Counted from the stretch's first letter, positions 23,174 through 33,908 are shown. The stretch is 64,000 nt of DNA from Synechococcales cyanobacterium VAR_4_metabat_354 (GCA_031414775.1 JANOQI010000031.1:32001-96000); one strand, 5' to 3'. Numbers and translations: made by a program. Notes: generated by a model not told the origin, from the letters alone.

Positions 23174-24431
23174 ATCGATCTCCTGGTAACGGTGGCACTG
23201 GATCAATAGATTGATCGAGTTTATCCAGTTCTTGGTCGAGCAAATCATCTTCGGTGGTGTAGGCCAAATCCGCCGCTGTGATAATTTGTTCGGCCTGGAA
23301 CTTTTCGGCAAACTGAAGCTTGCGGGTCAAGTCATCGGAACCAGCGGACAGCTGGGCAACATGCTGACTCCGTTGTTGATTTCTGGCACGAATTTTGCCG
23401 TTTGCCCACTGGAGCCACATCCATCGTCCGATCGGAATCGCAATGAATCCGATCGCATACAACAAAATTATCCAGTACAGGCTAGCAGCCACCGCAATAA
23501 TCCCACCCTTCACCGCCAATCCCTTGAGGAGCGCTCCCAAAAATAGAGCACCCCCACAGTTCACCGCCGCTAACAAACTAATTGTCCACATTTGACCAGT
23601 ACTAGCCGCACTGAATTTCCAGACTTTTTCCTTGAGATAGGGCTGGATATGCTTAAATTTACGCTGTTGAGCAAAAGTCTGACTATCTGGAAAACGATAA
23701 ACTAAATCACCCACTGGACTGACTTCCGGCAGTCCATTAAATCGTATTAACACCGGCAAAATATGGTCTTCGTTGTAAGGCGAAACATCCTCTAAATAGG
23801 GAGCTACCTGCTCTGCCGTAATGGCTCCCCGATTTTTCCGAATAACTTGACCAATATTGCGCCAGCGAAGTTCTTCTAAATTGGCATTGGGATTCCCATC
23901 GCCAAACAAAAAAGAATAGACCGCGTTCAAAAAATTGAGCTTTTTGCCTTGCCTCCTTGGTTGACGAGGAGTGCCATCATGACCCCAATCAAACCAATAC
24001 CAAATAAAACCACCACCGCTGTCACCAGAACCGCCCAGATTAATATTCCCCAGATCAATGCCATCGCCCTCATTGTTAAAGAAACTGAGCACAAAAATGC
24101 TGAGTAAGATTAAGGCCACGGAAGCAATTAGCACAATACCAAAAGAAACTCGCACCAAATAGAAAATTACTTTCCAGATCCTTTGTAACCATTCTTGGAC
24201 TTGCAACCACACAAATTTCTGGCGCAAAATATTCTGAAAATCTGACGGGTATTTGTAGATCACCTCCCCGCCATTACTGACTTGCAGATGTCCACCCACG
24301 GTGATCGCTAGCTGTTGCAAATCTTTTTCGACGATGGCTAACGGCAAACCCGTTTGAATCGAGAGTTCCCCCGGAGTAGTTTGGTATTGAAGCTTTTCAA
24401 TAGATTTGATCAGCAGTGGTTGGAATTCCAT
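23163..24431 (-). CDS. Conserved cyanobacterial/plastid membrane protein of unknown function
   Basis: GGHLQVS..GE..Y, SFLFGDGNPN, RFNG.PEVS..G.LVY.FP; ATG at 24431 (TTG at 24443 possible). Confidence 0.8.
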   Translation of the reverse strand: MEFQPLLIKSIEKLQYQTTPGELSIQTGLPLAIVEKDLQQLAITVGGHLQVSNGGEVIYKYPSDFQNILRQKFVWLQVQEWLQRIWKVIFYLVRVSFGIVLIASVALILLSIFVLSFFNNEGDGIDLGNINLGGSGDSGGGFIWYWFDWGHDGTPRQPRRQGKKLNFLNAVYSFLFGDGNPNANLEELRWRNIGQVIRKNRGAITAEQVAPYLEDVSPYNEDHILPVLIRFNGLPEVSPVGDLVYRFPDSQTFAQQRKFKHIQPYLKEKVWKFSAASTGQMWTISLLAAVNCGGALFLGALLKGLAVKGGIIAVAASLYWIILLYAIGFIAIPIGRWMWLQWANGKIRARNQQRSQHVAQLSAGSDDLTRKLQFAEKFQAEQIITAADLAYTTEDDLLDQELDKLDQSIDPVPPLPGDRSNN

Positions 24432-24824
24432 ACGGTTAGCCAATTGAAGATAGCAGCGCTACCTATATCTTAACTGCTTGCTTCCCTGCTCGGTGACTCT
24501 TCATCAACTCAAGAGATGGTGAATAGCAGTGATGCCGCTAAGGCTGTAACTGTGCGTACATGATTCCAGCTAGTCTATAGCTGATGCATTTATGAGAAGT
24601 ACTTGAATTTTCATTTCTTCTGTTAAATAAGGGTTCTAGCTGTATTTTCTCTCTTTTCCATACAAAATCACCAAACAAACGTTAACACATGTGAATAATT
24701 AATAAAATTTGTTAAGCTTAGTACATGACTCAAAAAAGCATATTTCTAGTCTTTCAATCAGAGGCTAGAGTTCTTTTCCATAAACAATCAGGTTTTTATA
24801 GCCATCGGATTTGGAGTAGCTGTT

Positions 24825-24968
24825 ATGACAAGTTTTACCAAGAAAACCACTGCTGACAACCGGAATGGTTGGGCTTGGGGATTTACCCCTCAAGCTGAGA
24901 TTTGGAATGGTCGGCTAGCCATGATTGGATTTGCCGCCGTTCTCCTAACTCAGTATCTTGCTCGTTAG
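24825..24968 (+). CDS. hli: High-light-inducible protein (HLIP/SCP, 47 aa), absent from the ORF track
   Basis: Manual translation [47 protein letters not shown]; chlorophyll-binding ExxNGRLAMxG motif; GGAG upstream. Confidence 0.93.
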   Translation: MTSFTKKTTADNRNGWAWGFTPQAEIWNGRLAMIGFAAVLLTQYLAR

Positions 24969-25098
24969 GGTCTTATACATTTTTGTAATTTATTACATGC
25001 AATTATGGTAGCCACCTTAAAGATGTAGTAACTTGCCATTGCTTGCGTCTACGTGCCGTCGATATGACCAACATCACTAAAGAGTATTTAAACCCAAA

Positions 25099-26028
25099 AT
25101 GTTTAATTCCACTGACCAAAATAGTCCTGAGCTAAATATGGATCTTCTGCGGCAGTTAATACAGCAGCAGGTTCAGCACCGTCCGATCTTTGAGAATATT
25201 GCTATTCTAGGCTGTGGCTATGTGGGCAGAGCATTAGCTGACTATTGGCAAGAACAGGGACACTTGATCACTGGCACAACAACAAGCCAAGAACGAGTAG
25301 CGGCACTCTCGGCTATCATGTCTAGGGTAGTTGTAATGAAAGGGAATGATCCAACTGCTGTAGAATCGCTACTTCAAGACCAAAGTACTTTAGTGGTAAG
25401 TGTAGCACCTACTGGATTTCAGGAGGCCAACGAAACTACTTATGAAGAAACCTACCTGGCCACAGCTGAAAATTTAGTCGAAGTCTTGAGCCAGACTCCT
25501 AACGTAACGCAAATTATATATTTGAGTAGTTGCTCTGTTTATGGCGACAGGCAAGGAGATTGGGTTGATGAGACCTCTGCAGTTGCTCCCTTGGAGCACA
25601 GAAGCCAAGTACTTAGTAAGGCCGAAAGAATAATATTACAGGCCGCTAATCAGCATCAAAAAGTCTGTATTTTAAGGCTAGGAGGAATTTATGGCCCTGG
25701 TCGAGAGTTAGTTAGTATGTTTGGAGGGTTAGCGGGCATGACTATGCCTGGCAAGGGCGATCGCTTTATTAACTGGGTACACCGTGATGATATTGTCGGG
25801 GCGATCGAATTCATCCGCACCAACGAACTCGAAGGCATTTACAACTTAGTTGACAATAGTCAATTGACGGTTAGAGAACAAATTAAACTGATCTGTTCTC
25901 GCTACAGCTTGCCACCAGTAAATTGGGATTCTTCTAAATTGAGTATTCAACGGAAAAGTGTCCAAGTCTGTAATGAAAAAATTAAAGCAGCTGGGTATGA
26001 ACTAATTCATCCTCAAATTATTATATGA
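25099..26028 (+). CDS. NAD-dependent epimerase/dehydratase, atypical SDR
   Basis: GCGYVG Rossmann motif, YLSSCSVYGD, RLGGIYGPGR, NWVHRDD. Confidence 0.85.
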   Translation: MFNSTDQNSPELNMDLLRQLIQQQVQHRPIFENIAILGCGYVGRALADYWQEQGHLITGTTTSQERVAALSAIMSRVVVMKGNDPTAVESLLQDQSTLVVSVAPTGFQEANETTYEETYLATAENLVEVLSQTPNVTQIIYLSSCSVYGDRQGDWVDETSAVAPLEHRSQVLSKAERIILQAANQHQKVCILRLGGIYGPGRELVSMFGGLAGMTMPGKGDRFINWVHRDDIVGAIEFIRTNELEGIYNLVDNSQLTVREQIKLICSRYSLPPVNWDSSKLSIQRKSVQVCNEKIKAAGYELIHPQIII

Positions 26029-26112
26029 GTTTGATACAGCTGGAAAGAATCGTACTATTTTCGACTTTTATTCGCAATTTTCGGCAACATCATTCATTAT
26101 GAATAGTAATGA

Positions 26113-27903
26113 ATGACAGAAATAATGCACCGATTTAATTTAACTATATTTAAGCAGTTTTGGGAGATCGCCAAGCCTTACTGGTCGAGCGGCGAAAAAT
26201 GGCGATCACGCGGATTGTTGCTGTCTATCATGCTCTTGTCTTTGTTCTACACTGGACTTAGTGTATTACTTAATAACAAGCGTGGTGAATTAATTTCGGC
26301 ACTATCAGCTAAAGATGAGACTAGATTTTGGCAAACTATTCTGATTTTTGTAGGAATATTAATAGTTTATGCTCCACTTTATGCTGGGTATGTCTATTTA
26401 CGCGATCGATTGGTACTCAACTGGCGGCAATGGCTCACTGACCACTTTGTTGATAGGTATTTTCAGGGTCGAGCATTTTATAATTTAAATCATACCAATG
26501 CCCAGATTGATAACCCTGATCAGCGCATCAGTGAAGACGTTGGAAGCTTCACCCAAGAGTCATTAAAGCTGTTACTGGCTGTCGTTGATTCACTGCTCGC
26601 GATCAGTGCTTTTGCGGGAGTGCTTTGGGGTATTTCCCGACCGTTAATTGTATTTTTGGTGCTCTATGCGGTAGTTGGTACTTTAACAACAGTTGGGATA
26701 TTTGGGAAACCTTTAAAACGACTCAATTTTGAGCAACTACAAAAAGAAGCAAATTTTCGCTTTAGTTTAGTACGGGTGAGAGAAAACTCAGAAGCAATTG
26801 CTTTTAATCAAGGAGAAGAATATGAATCTAATCAGGTTAAAAACAAGTTCATTGAAATTTTTGATAACTTTAAGCAATTAATTTTTTGGGAACTAAATTT
26901 GAATGCTTTAACTAACATCTATGAGTTTATTCCCTTTATTTTACCGGCAATAGTAGTAGCGCCTGGTATTTTTGCTGGCGAATTAGAAATTGGGAAAGTT
27001 ACGGAAGCGCAAGGCGCATTCATCCGGGTTTTCTTCTCACTGAATTTGATCGTATCGCGGTTTCAGTCATTAAGTAATTTTGGAGCCGGGATTGAGCGAT
27101 TACATTCCTTTTCAGAGTTTTTAGATCGTAATGGCTTAGATGTTAGCACCATTGATTCCACAGAACTTACGAAGATTGAAATGCAGGTTGCTGCTCATCT
27201 GGAGCTAAAAGATGTTACTCTCAAAACTCCCAACTATCAAAGGACTTTGATAGAGAACTTATCAGTAAAGCTATCCATGGGCGAAAGTTTGCTAGTTAGA
27301 GGAGCGAGTGGCTGTGGGAAAAGTTCCTTACTTCGATCGATCGCTGGTCTATGGAATGCTGGTTCTGGGATAGTTATACGCCCACCACTGGCAGAAGTGC
27401 TATTTTTACCCCAACGACCCTACATGGTATTAGGAACCCTCCGGGACCAATTGTTATATCCAAACCTAGATCAGGAAATTGAAGATGCTCAACTTCAGCA
27501 AGCTTTAGTCCAGGTAAATTTACCCGACCTAGAGCAAAAGCATGGTGGATTTAGGACTGAACACAATTGGTCCCAAGTTCTATCGCTGGGTGAACAACAG
27601 CGATTGATTTTTGCCCGCTTGCTACTAAATAAACCTAGCTACGCGATTTTAGATGAAGCCACTAGTGCCCTAGATCCCCACAATGAAGAACTTTTATATC
27701 AGAAATTACAAGCCTCTGGGATGATATTTTTGAGCGTTGGCCACCGCGAGAGCTTAAGTAGTTATCATCAATCTGTTCTAGACCTGACCGCCATTGATAT
27801 GCAATCTGACCATGGAAAACGAGCCTGGTCGCTAACAGCTTCAGAAAGTACGACTATTTTTCCTGACCATAACCTTGATGAGAAAGACGCGAAAGTCGCC
27901 TAG
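26113..27903 (+). CDS. Fused permease/ATPase ABC transporter (ABCD/YddA/BacA-like)
   Basis: DNPDQRI, EANFR...RVRENSEAIAF, Walker A GASGCGKS, LSLGEQQR, LDEATSALD. Confidence 0.9.
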   Translation: MTEIMHRFNLTIFKQFWEIAKPYWSSGEKWRSRGLLLSIMLLSLFYTGLSVLLNNKRGELISALSAKDETRFWQTILIFVGILIVYAPLYAGYVYLRDRLVLNWRQWLTDHFVDRYFQGRAFYNLNHTNAQIDNPDQRISEDVGSFTQESLKLLLAVVDSLLAISAFAGVLWGISRPLIVFLVLYAVVGTLTTVGIFGKPLKRLNFEQLQKEANFRFSLVRVRENSEAIAFNQGEEYESNQVKNKFIEIFDNFKQLIFWELNLNALTNIYEFIPFILPAIVVAPGIFAGELEIGKVTEAQGAFIRVFFSLNLIVSRFQSLSNFGAGIERLHSFSEFLDRNGLDVSTIDSTELTKIEMQVAAHLELKDVTLKTPNYQRTLIENLSVKLSMGESLLVRGASGCGKSSLLRSIAGLWNAGSGIVIRPPLAEVLFLPQRPYMVLGTLRDQLLYPNLDQEIEDAQLQQALVQVNLPDLEQKHGGFRTEHNWSQVLSLGEQQRLIFARLLLNKPSYAILDEATSALDPHNEELLYQKLQASGMIFLSVGHRESLSSYHQSVLDLTAIDMQSDHGKRAWSLTASESTTIFPDHNLDEKDAKVA

Positions 27904-27935
27904 TTGAACTGAATTTTTAAGTAATGCATTTATAA

Positions 27936-29045
27936 ATGAATATTTCTAAGTTAGGAATTTTGTCTGGGGTAATTGTAGCTGCCATCTTGATTTTTGTGCC
28001 ATTGTCTCATCTAGCGAAATATCAAGGGTGGGGAGATTTGATCGTTTTTGTGACCTCAGCTTTGGCAATTATCCCGCTGTCAATTGTGCTTAGTACTGCG
28101 ACCGAAAACATTGCCGTGGTGACCGGACCATCGATCGGCGGCTTGGTAAATGCCGTCTTTGGCAATGCCACCGAGTTGATTTTAGCTTTGGTCGCCCTGA
28201 GAGCCGGACTAGTTGATATTGTGAAGTCCAGTATTACAGGCAGTATTTTGGGAGCTTTATTACTACTCTTAGGATTAGGTATGCTCACCGGCGGATTACG
28301 ATACAAGGAGCAGTCCTTCAAGCCAATTTTTGCCCGGGTGAATGGGGCGTTTATGACCCTGGGGGTGACCGCGATCGCCTTACCAACTATCGTCACCGAC
28401 ACCTCTAACATTGTTGACCCTTTGGCTATTCATCACCTGGGAATGATTACGGCTACCGTATTGATTATGCTGTATGGGCTAACTCTGTTGTTTTCGCTGA
28501 AGACCCACAGCTATCTTTACGATGTGGCCATTGCCGAATCGGACTCCGGGGTGATCGATGCTGTCGCTCCAGCTGATCGAAATATGCGATTGGGAGGCTG
28601 GATTGTGGTTTTAGCGATCGCCTCGATCACAGTGGGGTTTGAATCTAATTTGTTTGTCGAGGTAGTAGAAGAAACGACCGGACAACTGGGCATTACACCG
28701 CTGTTTACGGGGGTAATTCTTCTACCACTCATTAGTGATGTAGCTGGCTATGTAACGATCGTGCGCTTGGCACTCAAAGATCAAATGGACTTAGCGGTCT
28801 CGACGGTGACGGGGGATAGCTTGCTCATTACCCTCTTTATTGCCCCAGTACTAGTTTTTGTGGGGCAATGGTGGGGACAACCTTTAGATCTCAACTTCAA
28901 CCCTTTTGAGGTAGTGGCTTTAGCGATCGCCGTGACGGTAAATAATTTAATTAGTTCTGGGGGACGCTCTAATTGGCTAGATGGAGCGCTCCTGCTGGCG
29001 ACTTATTTTCTGTTGGGGGTAGCCTTCTACTATCATCCCGCCTAG
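27936..29045 (+). CDS. cax: Ca2+/H+ exchanger (CaCA/CAX family), variant alpha-2 motif
   Basis: FGNATE alpha-1 repeat, FSLKTH, C-terminal SNWLDGALLL; multiple TM segments. Confidence 0.88.
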   Translation: MNISKLGILSGVIVAAILIFVPLSHLAKYQGWGDLIVFVTSALAIIPLSIVLSTATENIAVVTGPSIGGLVNAVFGNATELILALVALRAGLVDIVKSSITGSILGALLLLLGLGMLTGGLRYKEQSFKPIFARVNGAFMTLGVTAIALPTIVTDTSNIVDPLAIHHLGMITATVLIMLYGLTLLFSLKTHSYLYDVAIAESDSGVIDAVAPADRNMRLGGWIVVLAIASITVGFESNLFVEVVEETTGQLGITPLFTGVILLPLISDVAGYVTIVRLALKDQMDLAVSTVTGDSLLITLFIAPVLVFVGQWWGQPLDLNFNPFEVVALAIAVTVNNLISSGGRSNWLDGALLLATYFLLGVAFYYHPA

Positions 29046-29063
29046 TTGTTAGGAAATCAGAAA

Positions 29064-29100
29064 AACTGGCTCACAGCAAATTACTACGAGCCAGTTCTTT
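29064..29100. terminator. Terminator hairpin between convergent cax and cysE
   Basis: AACTGGCTC...GAGCCAGTT, A-run before and CTTT after. Confidence 0.6.
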
Positions 29101-29203
29101 CAGGTACCTTTGAGTTAAATTCTCACTTTATAAAACATAAAGTTGAGGAACTTGTGAGGATTGCTACCAAAATAAAAATTTTGTCAGAGGATAAAGCTCT
29201 AGG

Positions 29204-29932
29204 CTAGATTCCGGAACCATCTAGAAATTGCCGAATGGCCTTATCTTGCAAAGGACAGTTGGCGGCTTGCTCCACTGGCGCACCAGCCGTTACGAGCTGA
29301 TTTGGTGCCAATTGCTGCATTTTGGATTCTAAAGCCTCTATTCGATCGAGCAGTACCCGAATAACTTCTGCTTCTGAATCTGGCAAGCTGCCATGTTCTA
29401 ACGGATTAACCCGTACACCAGACTTATAGATAATTCGACCAGGGATACCTACTACCGTGCAATCTGACGGCACATCCCGCAGCACCACCGAACCAGCTCC
29501 AATCCGGACATTATCGCCAATATTTAAATTACCTAAAACCTTAGCTCCGGCACCCACTACCACATTCTTACCAATAGTTGGGTGGCGTTTGCCAGACTGT
29601 TTGCCAGTTCCCCCCAGCGTTACTCCTTGATAAATCAAGGCATAATCACCGATGATCGCCGTTTCACCAATTACTACGCCCATGCCGTGGTCGATAAAAA
29701 CACCTTGGCCAATTTGGGCACCGGGATGAATCTCAATCCCGGTTAGTCCTCTGGCAATGTGGGAAATAAAGCGGGGAATAAAAGGTAATCTCGATCGGTA
29801 GAGCAAATGCGAGAAGCGATGAAAAACCAGTGCTTGCAAGCCAGGGTAGCAAAACACTACTTCCAACCAATTACGAGCAGCAGGGTCTCGCTCAAAGATA
29901 ATACGAAAATCGGCTACCAGATGGGAGAACAC
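29204..29932 (-). CDS. cysE: Serine O-acetyltransferase
   Basis: RDPAA, GIEIHPGA, FIDHGMG, GKRHPT hexapeptide repeats; GTG start. Confidence 0.95.
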   Translation of the reverse strand: MFSHLVADFRIIFERDPAARNWLEVVFCYPGLQALVFHRFSHLLYRSRLPFIPRFISHIARGLTGIEIHPGAQIGQGVFIDHGMGVVIGETAIIGDYALIYQGVTLGGTGKQSGKRHPTIGKNVVVGAGAKVLGNLNIGDNVRIGAGSVVLRDVPSDCTVVGIPGRIIYKSGVRVNPLEHGSLPDSEAEVIRVLLDRIEALESKMQQLAPNQLVTAGAPVEQAANCPLQDKAIRQFLDGSGI

Positions 29933-30033
29933 TTGCTTCTAAATCCTCGATCGATACAGCTCAACCAAGAGCTATTTTAGCGATTTCAGTCCAGCTTTGG
30001 AGTGGTGTCACCCGTACTAATCGTAAAGTTTAG

Positions 30034-30513
30034 TTACTTTTCACTCAGAGTCAAACTATATGCCCAATGCTTACCAGGCTCAATGCTACCCACCCACACC
30101 GAATATTCTCCAGCCGAAAGACCGTCAATGCTAATACTGGCATCCTTTTTTAAGCCGGTATCATCACCACAGATAAATTGACCATTGGGCATTTTTACTA
30201 CAATAGTGGTGTCTTTGCCCCGGCTATTCACCCGAAAGTTGAGCTTCGGAAAACCTTGCTCCAGCTTCAGCACATGATCGGGAGTACTGGCCGAAAAACC
30301 CAGACAGGGATTTTTGTTTTTATCGAACTTCGCCAAACTACTGAGAGAATAGCTACCACTAGTGGAGCCACTGACGATGCCAGATTGGCGTACAAAGCCC
30401 GCAGATAACTTTAGTGTTGGAAAGTTACCAGCTTGAGCAACGGCTGGTCCGACACTGATTGCTGTTATTACTAGCAACGCTGGCACCATCAATAGTTTTT
30501 TAGTCCACATCAC
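30034..30513 (-). CDS. Secreted hypothetical protein (PPC-like beta domain)
   Basis: Signal peptide; CLGF...PDH, CGDD, GEYSVWVGS. Confidence 0.7.
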   Translation of the reverse strand: MMWTKKLLMVPALLVITAISVGPAVAQAGNFPTLKLSAGFVRQSGIVSGSTSGSYSLSSLAKFDKNKNPCLGFSASTPDHVLKLEQGFPKLNFRVNSRGKDTTIVVKMPNGQFICGDDTGLKKDASISIDGLSAGEYSVWVGSIEPGKHWAYSLTLSEK

Positions 30514-30744
30514 AACATTAATTCCTAAAAAATATTTGAAACAGAAGTAGCAGGATGCACGGTTTTAATTTCTGTCGATCGTCATACTGATTTTCAGCAG
30601 TGAATTTCAGTGTTGTTGCTTGGTGGATGCCCTGATAATAAAGATGTCTATAGGAAGGTACCAAAAGTTCCAAGAAAACTAATACTTTTTTGATGAAAAC
30701 AATGTGGGCTAAAATCGGAGGAGTTCCAAACCTTACCTCAGCTT

Positions 30745-31089
30745 ATGAATGCACCATTCCATGAAATCACTGTTACTGATCTGGCTGCTAAATTAGCTGA
30801 TCCAGATCACAATTGCCAATTTGTAGATGTGCGAGAGCCACAGGAGCTAGCTCTGGCCAGCTTGTCCCAGTTTACTAATTTGCCTCTGAGTGAAAATGCT
30901 CAGTGGTCAGTAGATATTCACCAAAGACTAGATTCCACTACCGAAACGATCGTTCTTTGTCATCATGGGATGCGATCGGCACAGATGTGTGGTTGGTTAG
31001 CTAGTCAAGGATTTACCAATCTTCACAATGTGATAGGCGGAATTGCTGCTTATGCTCAATTAGTGGATAATTCTGTGCCACAATACTAG
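30745..31089 (+). CDS. Single-domain rhodanese
   Basis: DVRE, CHHGMRS, GGI..Y, VPQY. Confidence 0.9.
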   Translation: MNAPFHEITVTDLAAKLADPDHNCQFVDVREPQELALASLSQFTNLPLSENAQWSVDIHQRLDSTTETIVLCHHGMRSAQMCGWLASQGFTNLHNVIGGIAAYAQLVDNSVPQY

Positions 31090-31194
31090 TAAATAGTTTA
31101 GTGAATTTGGATACCCAAAACCGTCTTAGTCCCTTCATAATGCTTTAGTAACTTCCACTTAATAAATTCTTTTAGCGACGTAATCTCAATTTCC

Positions 31195-32265
31195 ATGAAC
31201 TTAAACCAGCGTCAGCAACAAATTTTATGGGCAACAGTCCGTCAATACATTGCCACAGCGGAACCAGTTGGTTCTAAGGCGCTGGTCGAGGAATATAATC
31301 TTCAGGTTAGTGCGGCCACGATTAGGAATAGCTTTACGATTTTGGAAAAAGCTGGTTTACTTTACCAACCGCATACTTCCGCTGGTCGGGTGCCTTCTGA
31401 TTCTGGCTATCGTTTGTATGTCGATCGACTACTGCAGACTGACCTGGCGGCTGGCAGACAGGCTGAGCAACAACTCTCTAGCCAACTGGATTGGGAGCGA
31501 TGGAGCTTAGAAGCTTTGTTGCGCGGCGCTGCCCAGATTTTAGCGACCTTGAGTGGTTATATTGCGATTATCACTCCGCCTGAAACTAATCATTTAACTG
31601 TACGCCATCTCCAATTGGTACCGATCGAACCTCATCAGTTAATGGTGATTGTGGTGATGGATTCTTACCAAAGTCAGTCTTTGCTGGTGGATATTCCGTC
31701 TAATAATGATGACGCGCTGGCAGTTGCCGCCGAACTAGAAGTTTTATCAAACTTTTTGAATAGTCAAATGCGTGGTCGATCGATCGCCGAACTAGCAAGC
31801 TTGAATTGGAGCGAGTTGCACCAACGCTTTCCCAGTTATGCGGTAGTGATCAGTCGCCTGTTAACTTTTCTACAGCATCAGATTGGTGCCAGTAAAAGCA
31901 CTCAGGTGATGATGCGCGGTTTCTCAGAAGTATTGCGGCAACCCGAGTTTTCGGAATTAGAACAGGTGAAAACATTGTTGCAACTGCTAGAAGTGGAGCC
32001 GGAGCAAATTGGGCAAATGATTCTAACAGCCGGAGATATTGCTGGGAGCAAGTCCGAGCGGCTATCGGTACGGATTGGCACCGAAAATTCTTGGGAACCC
32101 ATGCACATCTGTACGTTAATCTCTAGCACCTATGGTCAAGATGACCTCTCGGTGGGTAGTATCAGCTTATTGGGACCGAAACGAATGCTGTACGAAAATG
32201 CTATTCCCTTGGTGCAAGCGACTGCTGACTATATTTCTGAAGCTTTATCGGCATCCAAGATTTAG
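31195..32265 (+). CDS. hrcA: Heat-inducible transcription repressor HrcA
   Basis: [35 protein letters not shown]. Confidence 0.95.
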   Translation: MNLNQRQQQILWATVRQYIATAEPVGSKALVEEYNLQVSAATIRNSFTILEKAGLLYQPHTSAGRVPSDSGYRLYVDRLLQTDLAAGRQAEQQLSSQLDWERWSLEALLRGAAQILATLSGYIAIITPPETNHLTVRHLQLVPIEPHQLMVIVVMDSYQSQSLLVDIPSNNDDALAVAAELEVLSNFLNSQMRGRSIAELASLNWSELHQRFPSYAVVISRLLTFLQHQIGASKSTQVMMRGFSEVLRQPEFSELEQVKTLLQLLEVEPEQIGQMILTAGDIAGSKSERLSVRIGTENSWEPMHICTLISSTYGQDDLSVGSISLLGPKRMLYENAIPLVQATADYISEALSASKI

Positions 32266-32987
32266 GGCTGTTTCATTGCCTGTTGCTGAGCCACAAAGAA
32301 ATCATTAATGCCTTTTTCGGCCAAATCCAATAACTCGTTGAGCTGTTGGCGGCTAAAACTCTCTGTTTCAGCGGTGCCTTGGATTTCGATGAGCTGCTGC
32401 TGAGCGTTCATTACCACATTAAAATCCACACTGGCTGCCACGTCTTCCTGGTAGTTTAAATCCAAATAGGCTTGGCCATCGACTAAACCCACCGAGACCG
32501 CCGCTACTTGCTGCCGAAGTGGTGATTCTTGCATAGCGCCTTCAGCGATCAATCGATCAATCGCCCGCGCTAAGGCCACATAGCCGCCAGTGATGGCTGT
32601 TGTTCTAGTACCAGCATCAGCCTGCAACACGTCAGCATCCACAATAATGGTTCTTTCGCCCAGGGCTTGCATGTCGAGGCTCGATCGCAAGCTGCGGCCA
32701 ATTAATCTTTGAATTTCTTGGGTACGGCCAGAAAGCTTCATTAACTCTCGTTCCTGCCGCTGGGGTGTAGCGCCGGGGAGCATCCGATATTCGGCAGTCA
32801 ACCAGCCCTGACCACTACCCGTCAAAAACTTAGGCACTTCATCTTTGACCGTTACGGTCGTTAAAACTTGGGTTTGACCACAGCGGGTCAGGACAGAGCT
32901 GGTGGCAAAACTGGTATAGTCCAGCTGGAAAGAAATCGGGCGAATATCGTCAAAGGCCCGAGCATCGTGGCGTTTTTCCAGGGACAT
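32262..32987 (-). CDS. rph: Ribonuclease PH
   Basis: [43 protein letters not shown] at 32987. Confidence 0.95.
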   Translation of the reverse strand: MSLEKRHDARAFDDIRPISFQLDYTSFATSSVLTRCGQTQVLTTVTVKDEVPKFLTGSGQGWLTAEYRMLPGATPQRQERELMKLSGRTQEIQRLIGRSLRSSLDMQALGERTIIVDADVLQADAGTRTTAITGGYVALARAIDRLIAEGAMQESPLRQQVAAVSVGLVDGQAYLDLNYQEDVAASVDFNVVMNAQQQLIEIQGTAETESFSRQQLNELLDLAEKGINDFFVAQQQAMKQP

Positions 32988-33059
32988 GGCGATCGGGTAA
33001 AAAAGTTGCAAGTTTCCTATTCTAGTCGATCGATCTCTTAAAAAAAAGACCTTGACGGA

Positions 33060-33117
33060 TCAAGATATTTAGTGTTTCATTATGAGTTCTGCTGGTAAAA
33101 CACGCTATATAGATGGT
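33060..33117. promoter_or_regulatory. Tandem NrdR-box-like sites
   Basis: TCAAGATATTTAGTGT (33060-33075) and ACGCTATATAGATGGT (33102-33117), each 12/16 to ACACTATATATAGTGT, 42 bp apart; TTGACG at 33052. Confidence 0.6.
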
Positions 33118-33167
33118 GTCTACCAAGTATTCCACATGCTACTTTGTCCTACGATCTCACAGTGCAT

Positions 33168-33635
33168 ATGATTGCCCAAATAAATCAGTTCGGTGCTAGT
33201 ACTTCTGACCGCGCAGTTACCAAAACCGCTAACAGCAGCCAAATTATCGGCGCAGCATTGCAAGCTGCGGCTGCTGGTCGGCGGGTTTTGGTGGTGCAAT
33301 TTCTTAAGGGCGGCTTACATCAAGGTCAAGACCATATGGTTAATCTGGCTCAAAACTTAGATTGGCTGCGGTCGGATTTGATGCGCCACTTCACAACCAG
33401 CGAGTTAAGTGAGCCAGAATCCAAATCTTTGGCCAGTCTGTGGCAACATGCCCAGCAATTGATTCGATCGCTGGAATACCAGTTAGTCATTCTCGAAGAC
33501 CTACAAGATCTCGTTCAGATGGGATCTGTCGAGCAAGCCGAAATAGAACAGCTACTGCGGACTTTGCCTACTTCTGTGGAGGTCGTGATTCCCGGAATCA
33601 CTGCCATGCAAGCCGCCGAGCGACAAGCTTCTTAA
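33168..33635 (+). CDS. CobA/CobO/BtuR-like protein, degenerate (no P-loop)
   Basis: VLVVQFLKGG and YQLVILE motifs; ATG at 33168. Confidence 0.7.
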   Translation: MIAQINQFGASTSDRAVTKTANSSQIIGAALQAAAAGRRVLVVQFLKGGLHQGQDHMVNLAQNLDWLRSDLMRHFTTSELSEPESKSLASLWQHAQQLIRSLEYQLVILEDLQDLVQMGSVEQAEIEQLLRTLPTSVEVVIPGITAMQAAERQAS

Positions 33636-33692
33636 TGATATTTCATCAAGTTGCAATTTGATGAACAAGTGCTCTGCATTCAGGGCACTTTT

Positions 33693-33908
33693 TTAAGCAA
33701 AAGCGGCCAGTTGATCGAGTCGCAGCCAAACATTCGGCGTGGCCACTGCTCCAAACTTAACCAGCGCATAATCGCCGCGCACCTCAAGTATTTCACCCTT
33801 GGTCTTAAAAATATAATCGGAAAAGCGGCTGTCACTGGCCTGTGCTTCTAGGCTGTTCGCCAACTTTTCCGCCACCGCACATACAAAATCACCTTTTTTA
33901 ACAGCCAT
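33693..33908 (-). CDS. ndhO: NDH-1 subunit O
   Basis: MAVKKG...[18 protein letters not shown]...[11 protein letters not shown]. Confidence 0.93.
   Translation of the reverse strand: MAVKKGDFVCAVAEKLANSLEAQASDSRFSDYIFKTKGEILEVRGDYALVKFGAVATPNVWLRLDQLAAFA

Noticed and set aside
24984..24997. Palindrome TGTAATTTATTACA after hli
   Set aside because: GTA-N6-TAC spacing does not fit NtcA; AT-rich and may be chance
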